64,000 bases of DNA from Opitutus sp. GAS368 (GCA_945861645.1 CAMAVZ010000002.1:32001-96000); one strand, 5' to 3'. Numbered from the stretch's first letter, positions 29,916 to 39,874 are shown. Numbers and translations are program-made. Notes: generated by a model not told the origin, from the letters alone.

Positions 29916-30223
29916 GGCTGGATCGACAACAGCCCAGCCTGCACTCGAGGGTCGAGCTCTACTAAATAGGTGCTGACCAACACCTCACGATCCATGCGCG
30001 CACGGATGACGGCCGCAGTTCGACCGGTGTAGGCCGCGATCCCGCAGGCCGCGATAGCTGTGAACAGCCAAACCACCGCATGGGGCCGCAAATAATCTGC
30101 CCAGGTATCGTGAGCTGATCGCCGCAGGCGCGCCCAAACCTGCGGCCGAAAGGCTGAATCCGCAGGTGGACTCACCCGCCAAGCACGCAAACGCTCGGTT
30201 AAGCTATCAGGGGGAATAGTCAT
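29912..30223 (-). CDS. Small single-TM protein, probable anti-sigma factor (CnrY-like)
   Basis: LRAW...P...F...VWARL N-terminus followed by one TM; first gene of the ECF cassette; ATGA overlap with next gene. Confidence 0.55.
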   Translation of the reverse strand: MTIPPDSLTERLRAWRVSPPADSAFRPQVWARLRRSAHDTWADYLRPHAVVWLFTAIAACGIAAYTGRTAAVIRARMDREVLVSTYLVELDPRVQAGLLSIQP

Positions 30224-30235
30224 AGAGAGTTGTAC

Positions 30236-30264
30236 TTAATACACCGCGACCGGACAAATCACTC
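30236..30264 (-). promoter_or_regulatory. Putative ECF promoter for the anti-sigma/sensor/sigma cassette
   Basis: Minus strand reads GAGTGATTT-N10-GGTGTATTAA, 12 nt upstream of the ATG at 30223. Confidence 0.7.
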
Positions 30265-30283
30265 ACGAGCACTAAAATATTCC

Positions 30284-30312
30284 GAGGGATTTATGCCTCA
30301 GTGGTGTATTAA
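30284..30312 (+). promoter_or_regulatory. Putative ECF promoter for the efflux operon
   Basis: Plus strand reads GAGGGATTT-N10-GGTGTATTAA; 18 of 19 fixed positions and the spacing match the divergent copy. Confidence 0.7.
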
Positions 30313-30368
30313 TCAATGACGCTCGTCTCATCTTTTGTCCAATGCTCAAATTAACCTATCCCGCTATC

Positions 30369-30701
30369 ATGAAAAACATCCGCCCGCTCTTTGCTATTTT
30401 ATTTACGCTCGGCGCCGCCCTGAGCTTTGCCGAAACGAAAGCACCCTCGCCGAATGCCCCCCTAGCGCCCTCGGCGACGTGGCTAGCCCAAGCCCAAAGC
30501 CAGTATCCGCTAAAGACCTGCGTCGTATCGGCAGAAGAGATCGGTGGGGCGATGGGCCCGGGCATCGACTATGTTTATCAACAAGCGGGCCAACCCGATC
30601 GGCTGGTGCGCTTCTGCTGCAAACATTGCCAGCAGGATTTCGATCAAGCACCCGTCAAGTATCTCAAGCTCATCGACGACGCCGCCGCTAAGGCAAAATA
30701 A
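30369..30701 (+). CDS. Small exported metal-binding protein (YHS/TRASH-like)
   Basis: Signal peptide; YPLKTCVVS...VRFCCKHC...F...P.KYL pattern. Confidence 0.7.
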   Translation: MKNIRPLFAILFTLGAALSFAETKAPSPNAPLAPSATWLAQAQSQYPLKTCVVSAEEIGGAMGPGIDYVYQQAGQPDRLVRFCCKHCQQDFDQAPVKYLKLIDDAAAKAK

Positions 30702-30793
30702 CCTTCCACGCGCCCTGGCCTGGCTCGTCACGGCGCCGCCATAAGGGCCCGCTTCTTTCCCTCAAAAAACCACCCCCAGACACCCCCGACCCA

Positions 30794-32467
30794 ATGATCA
30801 CACGCTTATGGCTCGTACTCGCGCTGGGCGCGGCAGCGGGAGCAGGCTATTTCTTCGCCGGCTTACCCGTCGCTGCACCGGGCGCTCTGTCCAGCGTCGC
30901 CGCGCGCACCTATCAGTGCCCCATGCACCCGTGGATTAAATTGGATCGACCCGGTAAATGCACAATCTGTGGGATGGATTTGGTTACGACCAATCAGCCG
31001 GGAGGCAACGACTCGACGGCGGCGGACCCTGATCTTGTCACCTTGACGCCAACGAGCGCCGCCATCACGGGCGTCCAAACAGCGATCGTCAAACGCGGTC
31101 CATTAATTCGCACCACCCGGGTGGCTGGCGTGATTGCTGATGACGAAACTCGTCACCGCATTCTGGCCGCACGCGTCCCCGGCCGCGTCGAAAAATTATT
31201 CGTGAATTATGTCGGCGCCGAGGTAACCGCCGGCGCGCCTCTCGTAACCATTTACAGTCCAGAATTGCTCACCGCCCAACGCGTTTACCTCGAGCGGCTA
31301 AAAGCGGGAACTTCGGCCTACACCCAGTCGGAACGTTCCGCCGCCCGCGAACGGTTGCTAGAACTTGGTCTGACCAACGAGGAAATCACGATCTTGGAGC
31401 ACACCCAAGAGCCGACCGCGATTCTCACGGTGCGCGCGCCGATGACTGGCACCGTGGTGACGCGGGCGGCCTACGAAGGGCAATATGTGCAAACCAACGA
31501 CCCGCTCTTTGAGATCGGTGATTTTGCCACGATGTGGTTTGTGTTTGATGCGCACGAAAGCGATTTACCGTGGCTTCAGCTCGGGCAACAGGTGGAAGTA
31601 TCCACCGCCAGTCGGCCTGGGCAGATTTTAACCGCCCCGATCGCCTTCATTAATCCCAACCTCAACGCCGCCACGCGGACTGTCAGTGTGCGGGTCGTCC
31701 TCACGAATACCGATCGCACCTTACTCCACGAACAAACGGCCTTAGGTCGTGTGCGCATCGAACAACCTGACACGCTCATCGTCGAACGCCGAGCCGTGCT
31801 CCAACACAGCGGGGCGCCGATCGTTTATCTAGAACAAGCCAACCATCGTTATATTGCGCGGGCGATTCAGCTCGGACGAATTGGGGACGAATTCGCCGAG
31901 GTACTCGCGGGCCTAGCCGAGGGCGATCGCGTCGTCACCGAAGCGGCGCTGCTACTGGATAGCCAAGCTCAACTCGCTCATGCCGCGACGAGCGCTCCCG
32001 CGAACGAAGTTATCGCAACGCCATCACGCGTGCGCGACGCCACTCCCCGCAAAGCCTCCGCGGCTAGCTCAGCGCATTTAATCACCTTGGCCTTAGCGAG
32101 CGCCGATGGGGCCGCCGCACTGGCTACTGATAATCTCGGGGCTTACCAGAAAAGTCTCCCCATCATGCGTAGCGCGCTGACCAGCTACCTGGCAAATTCC
32201 GGTGAGGACAAACGTAGTCCGCTCGCCGACCTGGCCTTGCCCGACCAAGCTGACCTGCGCCTGGCGCGGCGCGACTTCGAATCTTTTAGTACCGCGCTCG
32301 CCGATCTTGTCCGTGAGCAACGTTTACCGACCCATGAAAAAATCTGGATCTTTGAGTGCCCGATGTCGCCCGTCTTAGGCACTGGGCGGTGGCTGCAGCG
32401 TACCGCCGAGCTAAAAAATCCTTTTTTTGGGTCGGCGATGCTGCGCTGCGGCGAAGAGGTAAAATAA
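30794..32467 (+). CDS. cusB: CusB-like RND periplasmic adaptor with N-terminal heavy-metal-binding domain and C-terminal DUF3347-like domain
   Basis: YQCPMHP...CTICGMDL; GRVEKL, IYSPEL, GLAEGDRVV; C-terminal CPM...NPFFGSAMLRCG. Confidence 0.85.
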   Translation: MITRLWLVLALGAAAGAGYFFAGLPVAAPGALSSVAARTYQCPMHPWIKLDRPGKCTICGMDLVTTNQPGGNDSTAADPDLVTLTPTSAAITGVQTAIVKRGPLIRTTRVAGVIADDETRHRILAARVPGRVEKLFVNYVGAEVTAGAPLVTIYSPELLTAQRVYLERLKAGTSAYTQSERSAARERLLELGLTNEEITILEHTQEPTAILTVRAPMTGTVVTRAAYEGQYVQTNDPLFEIGDFATMWFVFDAHESDLPWLQLGQQVEVSTASRPGQILTAPIAFINPNLNAATRTVSVRVVLTNTDRTLLHEQTALGRVRIEQPDTLIVERRAVLQHSGAPIVYLEQANHRYIARAIQLGRIGDEFAEVLAGLAEGDRVVTEAALLLDSQAQLAHAATSAPANEVIATPSRVRDATPRKASAASSAHLITLALASADGAAALATDNLGAYQKSLPIMRSALTSYLANSGEDKRSPLADLALPDQADLRLARRDFESFSTALADLVREQRLPTHEKIWIFECPMSPVLGTGRWLQRTAELKNPFFGSAMLRCGEEVK

Positions 32468-32479
32468 ATTTATCCGCCC

Positions 32480-35400
32480 ATGATTAACGGGATTATTCGT
32501 TGGTCGCTACAAAATCGTTTTATTGTGTTGGCGGCATTTCTTGCCCTCTGCGCGTGGGGCGTAGTGGCTCTGCAGCGGGTCCCCATTGATGCGATCCCTG
32601 ATTTGTCAGAGAATCAGGTGATCGTCTATGCCGACTGGCCAGGCCGTTCGCCCCAGGAAGTGGAAGATCAAATCACTTATCGACTTTCGGTTACGCTGCA
32701 GGGTCTCGCCGGAGTTAAGGTGGTACGGGCGACGTCGATGTTTGGCTTCTCGTTTCTCACGGTAATTTTTGAAGACAAGATCGACCCCTACTTCGCTCGC
32801 TCGCGCGTGTTGGAACGCCTCAATGCCATTGGTGATATGCTTCCTACCGGGGTAGTCGCTCGGCTGGGACCCGATGCCACTGGGCTGGGCTGGGTTTATC
32901 AATATTACCTCGAAGACGCTTCGGGTACGCAGAATCTCGGCACCCTCCGCACGCTGCAGGATAATTTTATCCGCTACCAACTGGCCGGCGTATCCGGCGT
33001 CGCCGAGGTCGCCAGTATCGGGGGCTTCGTTCGCCAATATCAAATCGAAGTCTCGGCCTTAAAATTAAAGCAATTCGACCTTATGCTCGGGGACATCATT
33101 GCCGCCGTGAGCCAAAGCAATCTCAACGTGGGCGGCAAAACTGTCGAAGAAAATGGCGCAGAATTTATTGTCCGCGGCATCGGCCTCATTACGAGCAGCG
33201 CCGATTTAGAAAAAATCCCCCTCCTAACGCGCGGCGACCAGCCGCTCTACCTCCGGGATGTAGCGACCATCCAGATCGGCGGTGATTTTCGCCGCGGCAC
33301 CCTCGATGTAAACGGTCGCGAGGTTGTCGGTGGTATCGTGATCATGCGCTACGGTGAAAATGCCTATCGCGTGATTGAAGCCGTCAAAGCCCGCCTCGCC
33401 ACCATGGCAGCGGGCCTGCCCGCCGGCGTATCGATCGCCTCGTTCTACGACCGGAGCGAACTCATCGATCGAGCGATCAAGACGCTTAAGCATGCCCTCA
33501 CGGAGGAAATCATCCTCGTGACACTCATGCACATTCTCTTTTTGTTTCATTTCCGCAGCATCCTCGTCGTCACGCTGCCCCTACCAGCCTCCCTGTTGAT
33601 ATCCTTTATCCTCATGGATCGCTTCGGCATTCCGTCCCATATCATGTCGCTCACCGGCATCGCGATTTCCATCGGCGTGCTGGTCGATGCCGGTATTGTG
33701 ATGACCGAAAATGTTATCCGCCATTGCGAGCTGGCAGAGATAAGACTTCGCCGGCGCCTGACCGGACCCGAGGTATTTCAGGAAACGCTCACCGCCGCCA
33801 CGCAAGTAGGCCGGCCCATGGTCTTCTCCATGGCGATCATCATATTCGCATTCGTTCCGGTATTTATGCTGACGGGCCAAGAGGGAAAACTTTTCCACCC
33901 GCTGGCGTTAACTAAATCTTTCGCCCTGCTCGGCGCTGTTCTGCTGGCCATCACGGCGGTGCCCGTTTTTTGCACCATCCTCGTGCGCGGCCCATTTAAG
34001 CCTGAGAGCGAAAATTTGCTGATGAAGTATTTGCTCCGACTTTATGATCCGGTACTCGATTGGGCGCTCGCGCATCGTAAAATCGTAATCGGCCTCGCCG
34101 CGGCGCTACTCGCCAGCGCCACGCTCGTGGCTTTTGGTTTGCCCCGCTCAATCACCGCTCGGCTTTCTCCCCAAATTGCCCGCCATTTTACCGGCTTCGG
34201 GAGCGAATTCATGCCGACGCTCGAGGAAGGCAGCTTGCTATTTATGCCGGTCCTACTCCCGGCGACTTCGCTGAGCGAAGTTAAGCGGATCATGGCCTGG
34301 CAAGATCGCGTCATCAGCGCTCATCCGGCCGTCGCCTCCGTCGCTGGTAAATTGGGCCGCGCCGATACCGCCACGGATACCGCTCCCGTCGAGATGATCG
34401 AAACCACTATTATGCTGAAGCCAGCGGACCAGTGGCCGCTGGGGACGACCAAGGCCTCTATTATTGCCGATCTCTCCAGTAAACTCATGAACGTGCCGGG
34501 CTATGTGCCGGGTTTTCTCCAGCCCATTGAAAATCGTATTCTCATGACGAGTACCGGTATTCGCGCCCAAGTCGGGGTCAAAATATTTGGCGATGATCTG
34601 GCCGCACTGCAGCGCAAAGCCTTTGAAGTGGAGCGCGTGATAAATCAGGTGCAGGGCGCCGTCGGCGTCGCGCCGTCGCGTGTGCAGGGCAAGCCGTATC
34701 TTGAAATCACGATCGATCGTGATCGCATGAGCCGCTACGGACTCCGCGCCCAACAATTGCTTGAATATGTGGAAACCGGCTTCGGCGGCACGACCATCAG
34801 CACCACACTCCAGGGCCGCGAACGTTGGCCGTTACAGGTGAGACTCGAACAAGCCGATCGCGACGACATCGATAAATTTGGTGATCTCCTTATTCCCACT
34901 CCCGCTGGACCTCATGTGCCTTTGCGGGAGCTCGCTGAAATCAAACGCGTAGTTGGCCCCAGTGAAATTTCGTCTGAAAATGGCCGCCTCCGGGTATTTG
35001 TGCAGGCGAATGTGGGCGATCGGGATTTGGGCGGATTTGTCGAGGAGATCAAAACGCGCGTCACCCAAGACGTTCCCCTCGATCCAGGCATGACCATCGA
35101 ATACTCCGGTCAATATGAGCATCAGCTGCGAGCCCGGCAGACCTTATTCTATGTTTTCCCCACGGTTCTGCTGATTATTTTTGGGTTACTCATCATGACT
35201 TTTAAGTCCATCATGGAAGCAGCGCATGTTATCCTCGCGGTCCCGTTTGCCCTCACCGGCGGTGTCATGCTTCAAGCCATGCTCGGATACAATTTCAGCG
35301 TGGCGGTCTGGGTTGGTTACATCGCGCTGTTCGGTACCGCCATCCAGACCGGCATAATCATGGTCATCTATCTCGAGGAAGCCGTGGCCAAAAAACAACT

Positions 35401-35671
35401 CGAGCTCGGGGGCACCTTGACCCGCGCCGCTTTACTTGAGGCGATCAAAGCGGGAGCCCGTTTGCGTTTGCGCCCCAAGGTCATGACCGTCGCCACCGCC
35501 ATCGCCTCGCTGCTGCCCATCTTTTGGTTAGACCGCACTGGGGTTGAAGTCATGCGGCCCCTTGCGGCGCCCGTCGTGGGCGGCATGCTGTCGAGCCTCA
35601 TCCATATTCTCGTCGTCACGCCCGTGCTCTTCGCCTGGTTGCGGGAGCGCAAATTACCCGAAGTAATCTAA
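32480..35671 (+). CDS. cusA: CusA/SilA-type Cu(I)/Ag(I) RND efflux permease
   Basis: DAIPDLSENQVI, LGPDATGLGW; Met triad kept in SEFMP, PVEMIET and RILMTSTG; RLRPKVMT. Confidence 0.93.
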   Translation: MINGIIRWSLQNRFIVLAAFLALCAWGVVALQRVPIDAIPDLSENQVIVYADWPGRSPQEVEDQITYRLSVTLQGLAGVKVVRATSMFGFSFLTVIFEDKIDPYFARSRVLERLNAIGDMLPTGVVARLGPDATGLGWVYQYYLEDASGTQNLGTLRTLQDNFIRYQLAGVSGVAEVASIGGFVRQYQIEVSALKLKQFDLMLGDIIAAVSQSNLNVGGKTVEENGAEFIVRGIGLITSSADLEKIPLLTRGDQPLYLRDVATIQIGGDFRRGTLDVNGREVVGGIVIMRYGENAYRVIEAVKARLATMAAGLPAGVSIASFYDRSELIDRAIKTLKHALTEEIILVTLMHILFLFHFRSILVVTLPLPASLLISFILMDRFGIPSHIMSLTGIAISIGVLVDAGIVMTENVIRHCELAEIRLRRRLTGPEVFQETLTAATQVGRPMVFSMAIIIFAFVPVFMLTGQEGKLFHPLALTKSFALLGAVLLAITAVPVFCTILVRGPFKPESENLLMKYLLRLYDPVLDWALAHRKIVIGLAAALLASATLVAFGLPRSITARLSPQIARHFTGFGSEFMPTLEEGSLLFMPVLLPATSLSEVKRIMAWQDRVISAHPAVASVAGKLGRADTATDTAPVEMIETTIMLKPADQWPLGTTKASIIADLSSKLMNVPGYVPGFLQPIENRILMTSTGIRAQVGVKIFGDDLAALQRKAFEVERVINQVQGAVGVAPSRVQGKPYLEITIDRDRMSRYGLRAQQLLEYVETGFGGTTISTTLQGRERWPLQVRLEQADRDDIDKFGDLLIPTPAGPHVPLRELAEIKRVVGPSEISSENGRLRVFVQANVGDRDLGGFVEEIKTRVTQDVPLDPGMTIEYSGQYEHQLRARQTLFYVFPTVLLIIFGLLIMTFKSIMEAAHVILAVPFALTGGVMLQAMLGYNFSVAVWVGYIALFGTAIQTGIIMVIYLEEAVAKKQLELGGTLTRAALLEAIKAGARLRLRPKVMTVATAIASLLPIFWLDRTGVEVMRPLAAPVVGGMLSSLIHILVVTPVLFAWLRERKLPEVI

Positions 35672-35713
35672 GCGAACAGCTAGTCTTGGCCGGCGGGCGA
35701 TCGAATTTATTGA

Positions 35714-35950
35714 TTAGTCGCCGACGCGCCTAAACCGCGGCTGGCTCTGCCCCGCTAGGAGAATACTCTCGATGAACATGGCGGCGGGCCGCACCCAGAG
35801 ACCGCGCTCGCCGTAAAGCGCTTGATAAACAACGAGAGGAGCTAGCGTCTCGCAATGTCGCGCCAAGCCGAGCACGCGATAATCGTTGCCCTTGTAATGA
35901 CGATAAAGTCCCGGGGTCGGTTCAAGGGGGAGCGGAGATAAATCATGCAT
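35714..35950 (-). CDS. DUF1653 family protein
   Basis: GLYRHYKGNDY, VVYQALYG, WVRPAAMF, PRF. Confidence 0.85.
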   Translation of the reverse strand: MHDLSPLPLEPTPGLYRHYKGNDYRVLGLARHCETLAPLVVYQALYGERGLWVRPAAMFIESILLAGQSQPRFRRVGD

Positions 35951-36091
35951 TGATCGCTAATCTGAGCCCGCGTCCCCATCGAGCAATCCCCCATTTTTTC
36001 GCCGAGAGAAGCCGCTTCATAATAAAATTATTTACTCCGCCCCTCTCGCCATTGACGTCTAGCAGGCCCCCATTTATCGGTTCCCCACTGC

Positions 36092-37429
36092 ATGAGTGCA
36101 TCATCACTGCCGCCCGCCACGCCCCCCGCCCATCCGACTTTTCGGACGGCGCTGCGCTTCTGGCTAAAACTCGGTTGCATCAGCTTTGGCGGACCCACCG
36201 GCCAGATTGCGCTCATGCATACGGAGTTGGTTGAAAAAAAACGCTGGATCGGCGAGGCGCGTTTCTTGCATGCGCTCAACTACTGCATGCTGTTGCCCGG
36301 TCCCGAAGCCCAACAACTCGCCATCTACTGCGGGTGGCTCCTGCATCGCACTTGGGGCGGACTCGCCGCCGGCCTCCTCTTTGTGCTGCCCTCCGCCTTG
36401 CTCCTGTGGGGCCTCAGTTACGTTTATGTCGCCTATGGCAACGTGCCTTGGATCAGCGCAATTTTCTACGGGCTAAAACCGGCGGTCCTCGCCCTCGTCG
36501 CTACAGCAGGAATCCGTCTCGGGACTAAGGTGCTGAAAAACTCGATCCTCGTTTCGATCGCGGCCCTCGCTTTTGTCGCGCTGTTCTTTTTTCACACGCC
36601 CTTCCCGCTCATCATCAGCAGTGCCGCTGTCATCGGCTACTTCGGCGGACTCCGCTGGGAGAAAGTTTTTAATGTGACAGCGGGCCACGGAAGCCCAACG
36701 ACCGCCACAGCTTCTGCCGTCATCGATGATGCCGAAGCGGCGCCGGCCCATACGCGCCCTTCCTGGACCCGCGCCGGCCAAGTTCTATTGGTGGGCTTGG
36801 CCGCCTGGTGGACCCCGGTGTTGCTGATCGGGCTCTGGCAAGGGAGGGGGGCCACGCTCACGCAAGAGGGGATTTTTTTTAGCAAAGCCGCCTTAGTCAC
36901 TTTTGGCGGCGCCTACGCCGTGCTCCCTTATGTGGCGCAACAAGCGGTCGAGCATTTCCACTGGCTCACCGCACCGCAGATGCTCGATGGGCTTGGCCTA
37001 GCGGAAACCACGCCCGGACCGCTGATCATGGTGCTCCAATTCGTGGGCTTCCTCGGTGGCTGGCAGCAGCCCGGAAATTTATCCCCGCTCCTCGCCGCCA
37101 CCCTTGGGGCCGCCCTGACGACGTGGGTAACTTTTGTCCCTTGCTTCATTTGGATTTTACTCGGGGCACCTTTTATCGAGCAATTGCGACGCCAAACGCG
37201 CCTAACGTGCGCGCTCACCGCCGTCACCGCCGCCGTGGTGGGCGTAGTGCTCAACCTCGCGCTCTGGTTCGGCCAGCACGTGATTTTCCCCCAGGCGGGC
37301 CACCCGGATTGGTTTATTATTATCGTCGCGGGACTGGCCTGGTGGGCGCTGCGGCGTTTCCCATCCGCGCTTTTCCCGGTGATTATCGCCAGCGTCAGCC
37401 TCGGCCTACTCCATCATTTACTGGGGTGA
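36092..37429 (+). CDS. chrA: Chromate efflux transporter (long-chain CHR)
   Basis: SFGGPTGQI, LLPGPEAQQL, TFGGAYAVL, ETTPGPLI. Confidence 0.93.
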   Translation: MSASSLPPATPPAHPTFRTALRFWLKLGCISFGGPTGQIALMHTELVEKKRWIGEARFLHALNYCMLLPGPEAQQLAIYCGWLLHRTWGGLAAGLLFVLPSALLLWGLSYVYVAYGNVPWISAIFYGLKPAVLALVATAGIRLGTKVLKNSILVSIAALAFVALFFFHTPFPLIISSAAVIGYFGGLRWEKVFNVTAGHGSPTTATASAVIDDAEAAPAHTRPSWTRAGQVLLVGLAAWWTPVLLIGLWQGRGATLTQEGIFFSKAALVTFGGAYAVLPYVAQQAVEHFHWLTAPQMLDGLGLAETTPGPLIMVLQFVGFLGGWQQPGNLSPLLAATLGAALTTWVTFVPCFIWILLGAPFIEQLRRQTRLTCALTAVTAAVVGVVLNLALWFGQHVIFPQAGHPDWFIIIVAGLAWWALRRFPSALFPVIIASVSLGLLHHLLG

Positions 37430-37543
37430 AACTCGGGGCTCAGCCCGCGGACCGGCGACAAATCAGCCAGCGCTTATTCGCCTAGCCCCATCTCGGGGGT
37501 TGCGCTGGCCGAAATGTTGCGCTCATTTGAAGCCCTCTATTAT

Positions 37544-38488
37544 ATGTCCGAGAAAATTGAAAATGTCGTGATCGTCGGTACCGGCTGTGCCGGTCTCACC
37601 GCTGCCATTTATAGTGGCCGCGCTAATCTCCAGCCTCTCGTGATTGAGGGCGTTTTGCCCGGCGGCCAGCTCACCACGACTTCTGAAGTGGAGAATTTCC
37701 CCGGCTTCCCTGAGGGCATCGACGGCTATCAATTGATGCAAAATCTCCGTAAGCAGGCGGAAAAATTTGGGACGCATTACGAAAGTGGCACCGTGCAAGG
37801 ACTCGATACGGCGCAGTGGCCCTACACCCTTAAACTCGCCGATCGTACGATTAAGGCAAAAATCATCATTGTCGCCACGGGGGCCTCCCCCCGGCTCACC
37901 GGCATTCCCGGCGAAGCAGAACTTTACGGCGGCAAAGGCGTAACCACCTGCGCCACTTGCGACGGAGCTTTTTATCGCAACATGGAGGTCGTGGTCATCG
38001 GCGGCGGCGATAGCGCCGCGGAGGAAGCCCTCTTCCTCACCCGTTTTGCCAGCAAGGTTTACTTGGTGCATCGCCGCGACGCTCTCCGCGCCTCGAAAAT
38101 TATGGCTGATCGCGCGACGTCGCATCCAAAAATTCAGTGCGTGTGGGACAGCGTGCCCGTCGCCGTGGAAGGGGTTGCCGCCGGCGCCGTCAGTGGTTTG
38201 AAAATTAAAAATATTAAAACGGGCGTGGAAAGCGTGCTCCCCGTGAAAGGTGTTTTTGTCGCGATCGGTCACGTGCCCAACACCGCGCCCTTTAAGGATG
38301 CGGTCGACACCGATGAGCAGGGCTATTTTGTCCCGACCGGCCACAGCCAAGTGAAGACCAAGACCCCCGGCGTGTACGTGGCGGGGGATTGCGCCGATCA
38401 TCATTATCGTCAGGCCATCACCGCTGCCGGCATGGGTTGCCAAGCGGCGATCGAAGCGGAACGCTGGCTAGCTGAGAAAGGTGCCTGA
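37544..38488 (+). CDS. trxB: Thioredoxin-disulfide reductase
   Basis: [40 protein letters not shown]. Confidence 0.96.
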   Translation: MSEKIENVVIVGTGCAGLTAAIYSGRANLQPLVIEGVLPGGQLTTTSEVENFPGFPEGIDGYQLMQNLRKQAEKFGTHYESGTVQGLDTAQWPYTLKLADRTIKAKIIIVATGASPRLTGIPGEAELYGGKGVTTCATCDGAFYRNMEVVVIGGGDSAAEEALFLTRFASKVYLVHRRDALRASKIMADRATSHPKIQCVWDSVPVAVEGVAAGAVSGLKIKNIKTGVESVLPVKGVFVAIGHVPNTAPFKDAVDTDEQGYFVPTGHSQVKTKTPGVYVAGDCADHHYRQAITAAGMGCQAAIEAERWLAEKGA

Positions 38489-39023
38489 TTCCCTCCCGAC
38501 TATTTGGGCGAGCCTCGGAATTCCCGCGGATTACGCCGAAGCGCGCCAGTTGCCGATCCAGCGCGAGGCTCAAGCGTTGATCACGATTGGACGCACCGTT
38601 GACCGACGCTTAATTAAACTCACCCCCAGCGCGGCGGCGGCGTGGCAACGCCTCCGGGCGGCCGCGGCGCGTGCTGACATCGCGCTGCGCCCCATCTCGG
38701 GTTTTCGCAGCATTGCGCGGCAAACAGCAATCATTCGGCGGAAATTGGCCGCGGGTATGCCACTGGCCGAGATCTTAAAACTAGTCGCGGCCCCGGGTTG
38801 TAGTGAACATCACACCGGCTGTGCGATCGATATCAGCACCCCCGAGAATCCCAGCCTGGAAGAACATTTCGCCCGCACGCCAGCATTCCGCTGGTTAAAA
38901 AAGAACGCCGGCCAATTTGATTTTCATCTCAGTTACCCTCGCCGCAACCGCTACCGCATCGGCTACGAACCCTGGCACTGGTGCTGGCGCCCCACCAGCC
39001 GCCAACGCCCTGATCCAGCTTAA
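38481..39023 (+). CDS. D-Ala-D-Ala carboxypeptidase, M15B/VanY family
   Basis: [24 protein letters not shown]. Confidence 0.88.
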   Translation: MPDSLPTIWASLGIPADYAEARQLPIQREAQALITIGRTVDRRLIKLTPSAAAAWQRLRAAAARADIALRPISGFRSIARQTAIIRRKLAAGMPLAEILKLVAAPGCSEHHTGCAIDISTPENPSLEEHFARTPAFRWLKKNAGQFDFHLSYPRRNRYRIGYEPWHWCWRPTSRQRPDPA

Positions 39024-39114
39024 AATTTCCGCCTCATTTCTAAACCCCTCCAGTCGCGCGCCGAACAGGTTAAAAAACCTCATCCGCGCCAACGGGCGCG
39101 GTCGACCCTGAAAA

Positions 39115-39143
39115 TGGTGCAAGTGATGGGAGTTAAGACCCAC
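39115..39143 (-). other. Degenerate tRNA-like 3' fragment (T-arm, acceptor strand, ACCA)
   Basis: Minus strand GTGGG-TCTTAACT-CCCAT-CACTTGC-A-CCA, followed by TTTT and the hairpin at 39084-39101. Confidence 0.35.
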
Positions 39144-39306
39144 CTCGGTCTAACCCAGTGAGCTGAATTTTAACTGAAATCAGGTGCACAGCTAAACAGC
39201 TTATCTAGTGAAATATTTGCCAGGGGACCCAATTGCCGAGTTATTAAATAATATGATATTTTATAAGTAACTTATTATCATTATTATATAATTATCATGA
39301 AAAGAG

Positions 39307-39323
39307 TTTAGAATTATTCTAAA
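39307..39323. promoter_or_regulatory. Perfect palindrome matching the Irr ICE / PerR-type box
   Basis: TTTAGAA-TTA-TTCTAAA, 50 nt upstream of the Fur-family gene, in an AT-rich promoter region. Confidence 0.75.
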
Positions 39324-39373
39324 TCCTTGTTGCAATTCAGTCTTATTCCAATTCGTTTTGAAATAATCCTCCC

Positions 39374-39859
39374 ATGAATACCCCCAGCGAAAATTCTGCC
39401 ACCCTTACCAAGCGTCTCATCGACAGCGGCCTTCGGCCTACCGCCCAGCGTGAAGTGGTGTTTAAAGTCATTCTAGAAAAGCGCGACCATCCGACAGCCG
39501 ATGAGATTTTTGCCCGAGTAAAATCGCAGATGCCGACCATCTCGCTCGCGACGGTCTACAACTGTCTCGAGACCTTGGTGCATTGCCAGCTGATCCGCCA
39601 AGTCAACCTCGAGCGGGCCCCCACCCGCTACTGCCCGAATCTCCATCAGCACGCCCATTTTCATGATGAGACTACGGGGCAAATCCATGACATCGACCTG
39701 CCGATCGAACTCATGGCTCAACTGCACGACGTCCTACCGGCGGGTTTTATCGCCTCCAGTATTGAACTCACTTTCCGCGGCGCCGCCGCCGGCACCGCGC
39801 AGCCCACCGTCACCGCAGATTGTGCGCCGACGCTGAACAACCCGCACGGCACCAACTGA
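39374..39859 (+). CDS. Fur family regulator, Irr/PerR-like, lacking CxxC zinc site
   Basis: [29 protein letters not shown]...DI. Confidence 0.85.
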   Translation: MNTPSENSATLTKRLIDSGLRPTAQREVVFKVILEKRDHPTADEIFARVKSQMPTISLATVYNCLETLVHCQLIRQVNLERAPTRYCPNLHQHAHFHDETTGQIHDIDLPIELMAQLHDVLPAGFIASSIELTFRGAAAGTAQPTVTADCAPTLNNPHGTN

Positions 39860-39874
39860 GCCCAACTATTTCCC

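Noticed and set aside
37523-38443. 306-aa antisense ORF over trxB, and many similar shadow ORFs (14443-15069, 18546-19202, 46611-47183, 52222-52866, 57835-58518)
   Set aside because: They lie opposite well-supported genes, lack recognisable motifs and are expected from GC-rich codon bias.
38481-39023. Vancomycin resistance (vanY)
   Set aside because: It is a lone M15B carboxypeptidase with no vanHAX or vanRS, most likely for ordinary peptidoglycan remodelling.
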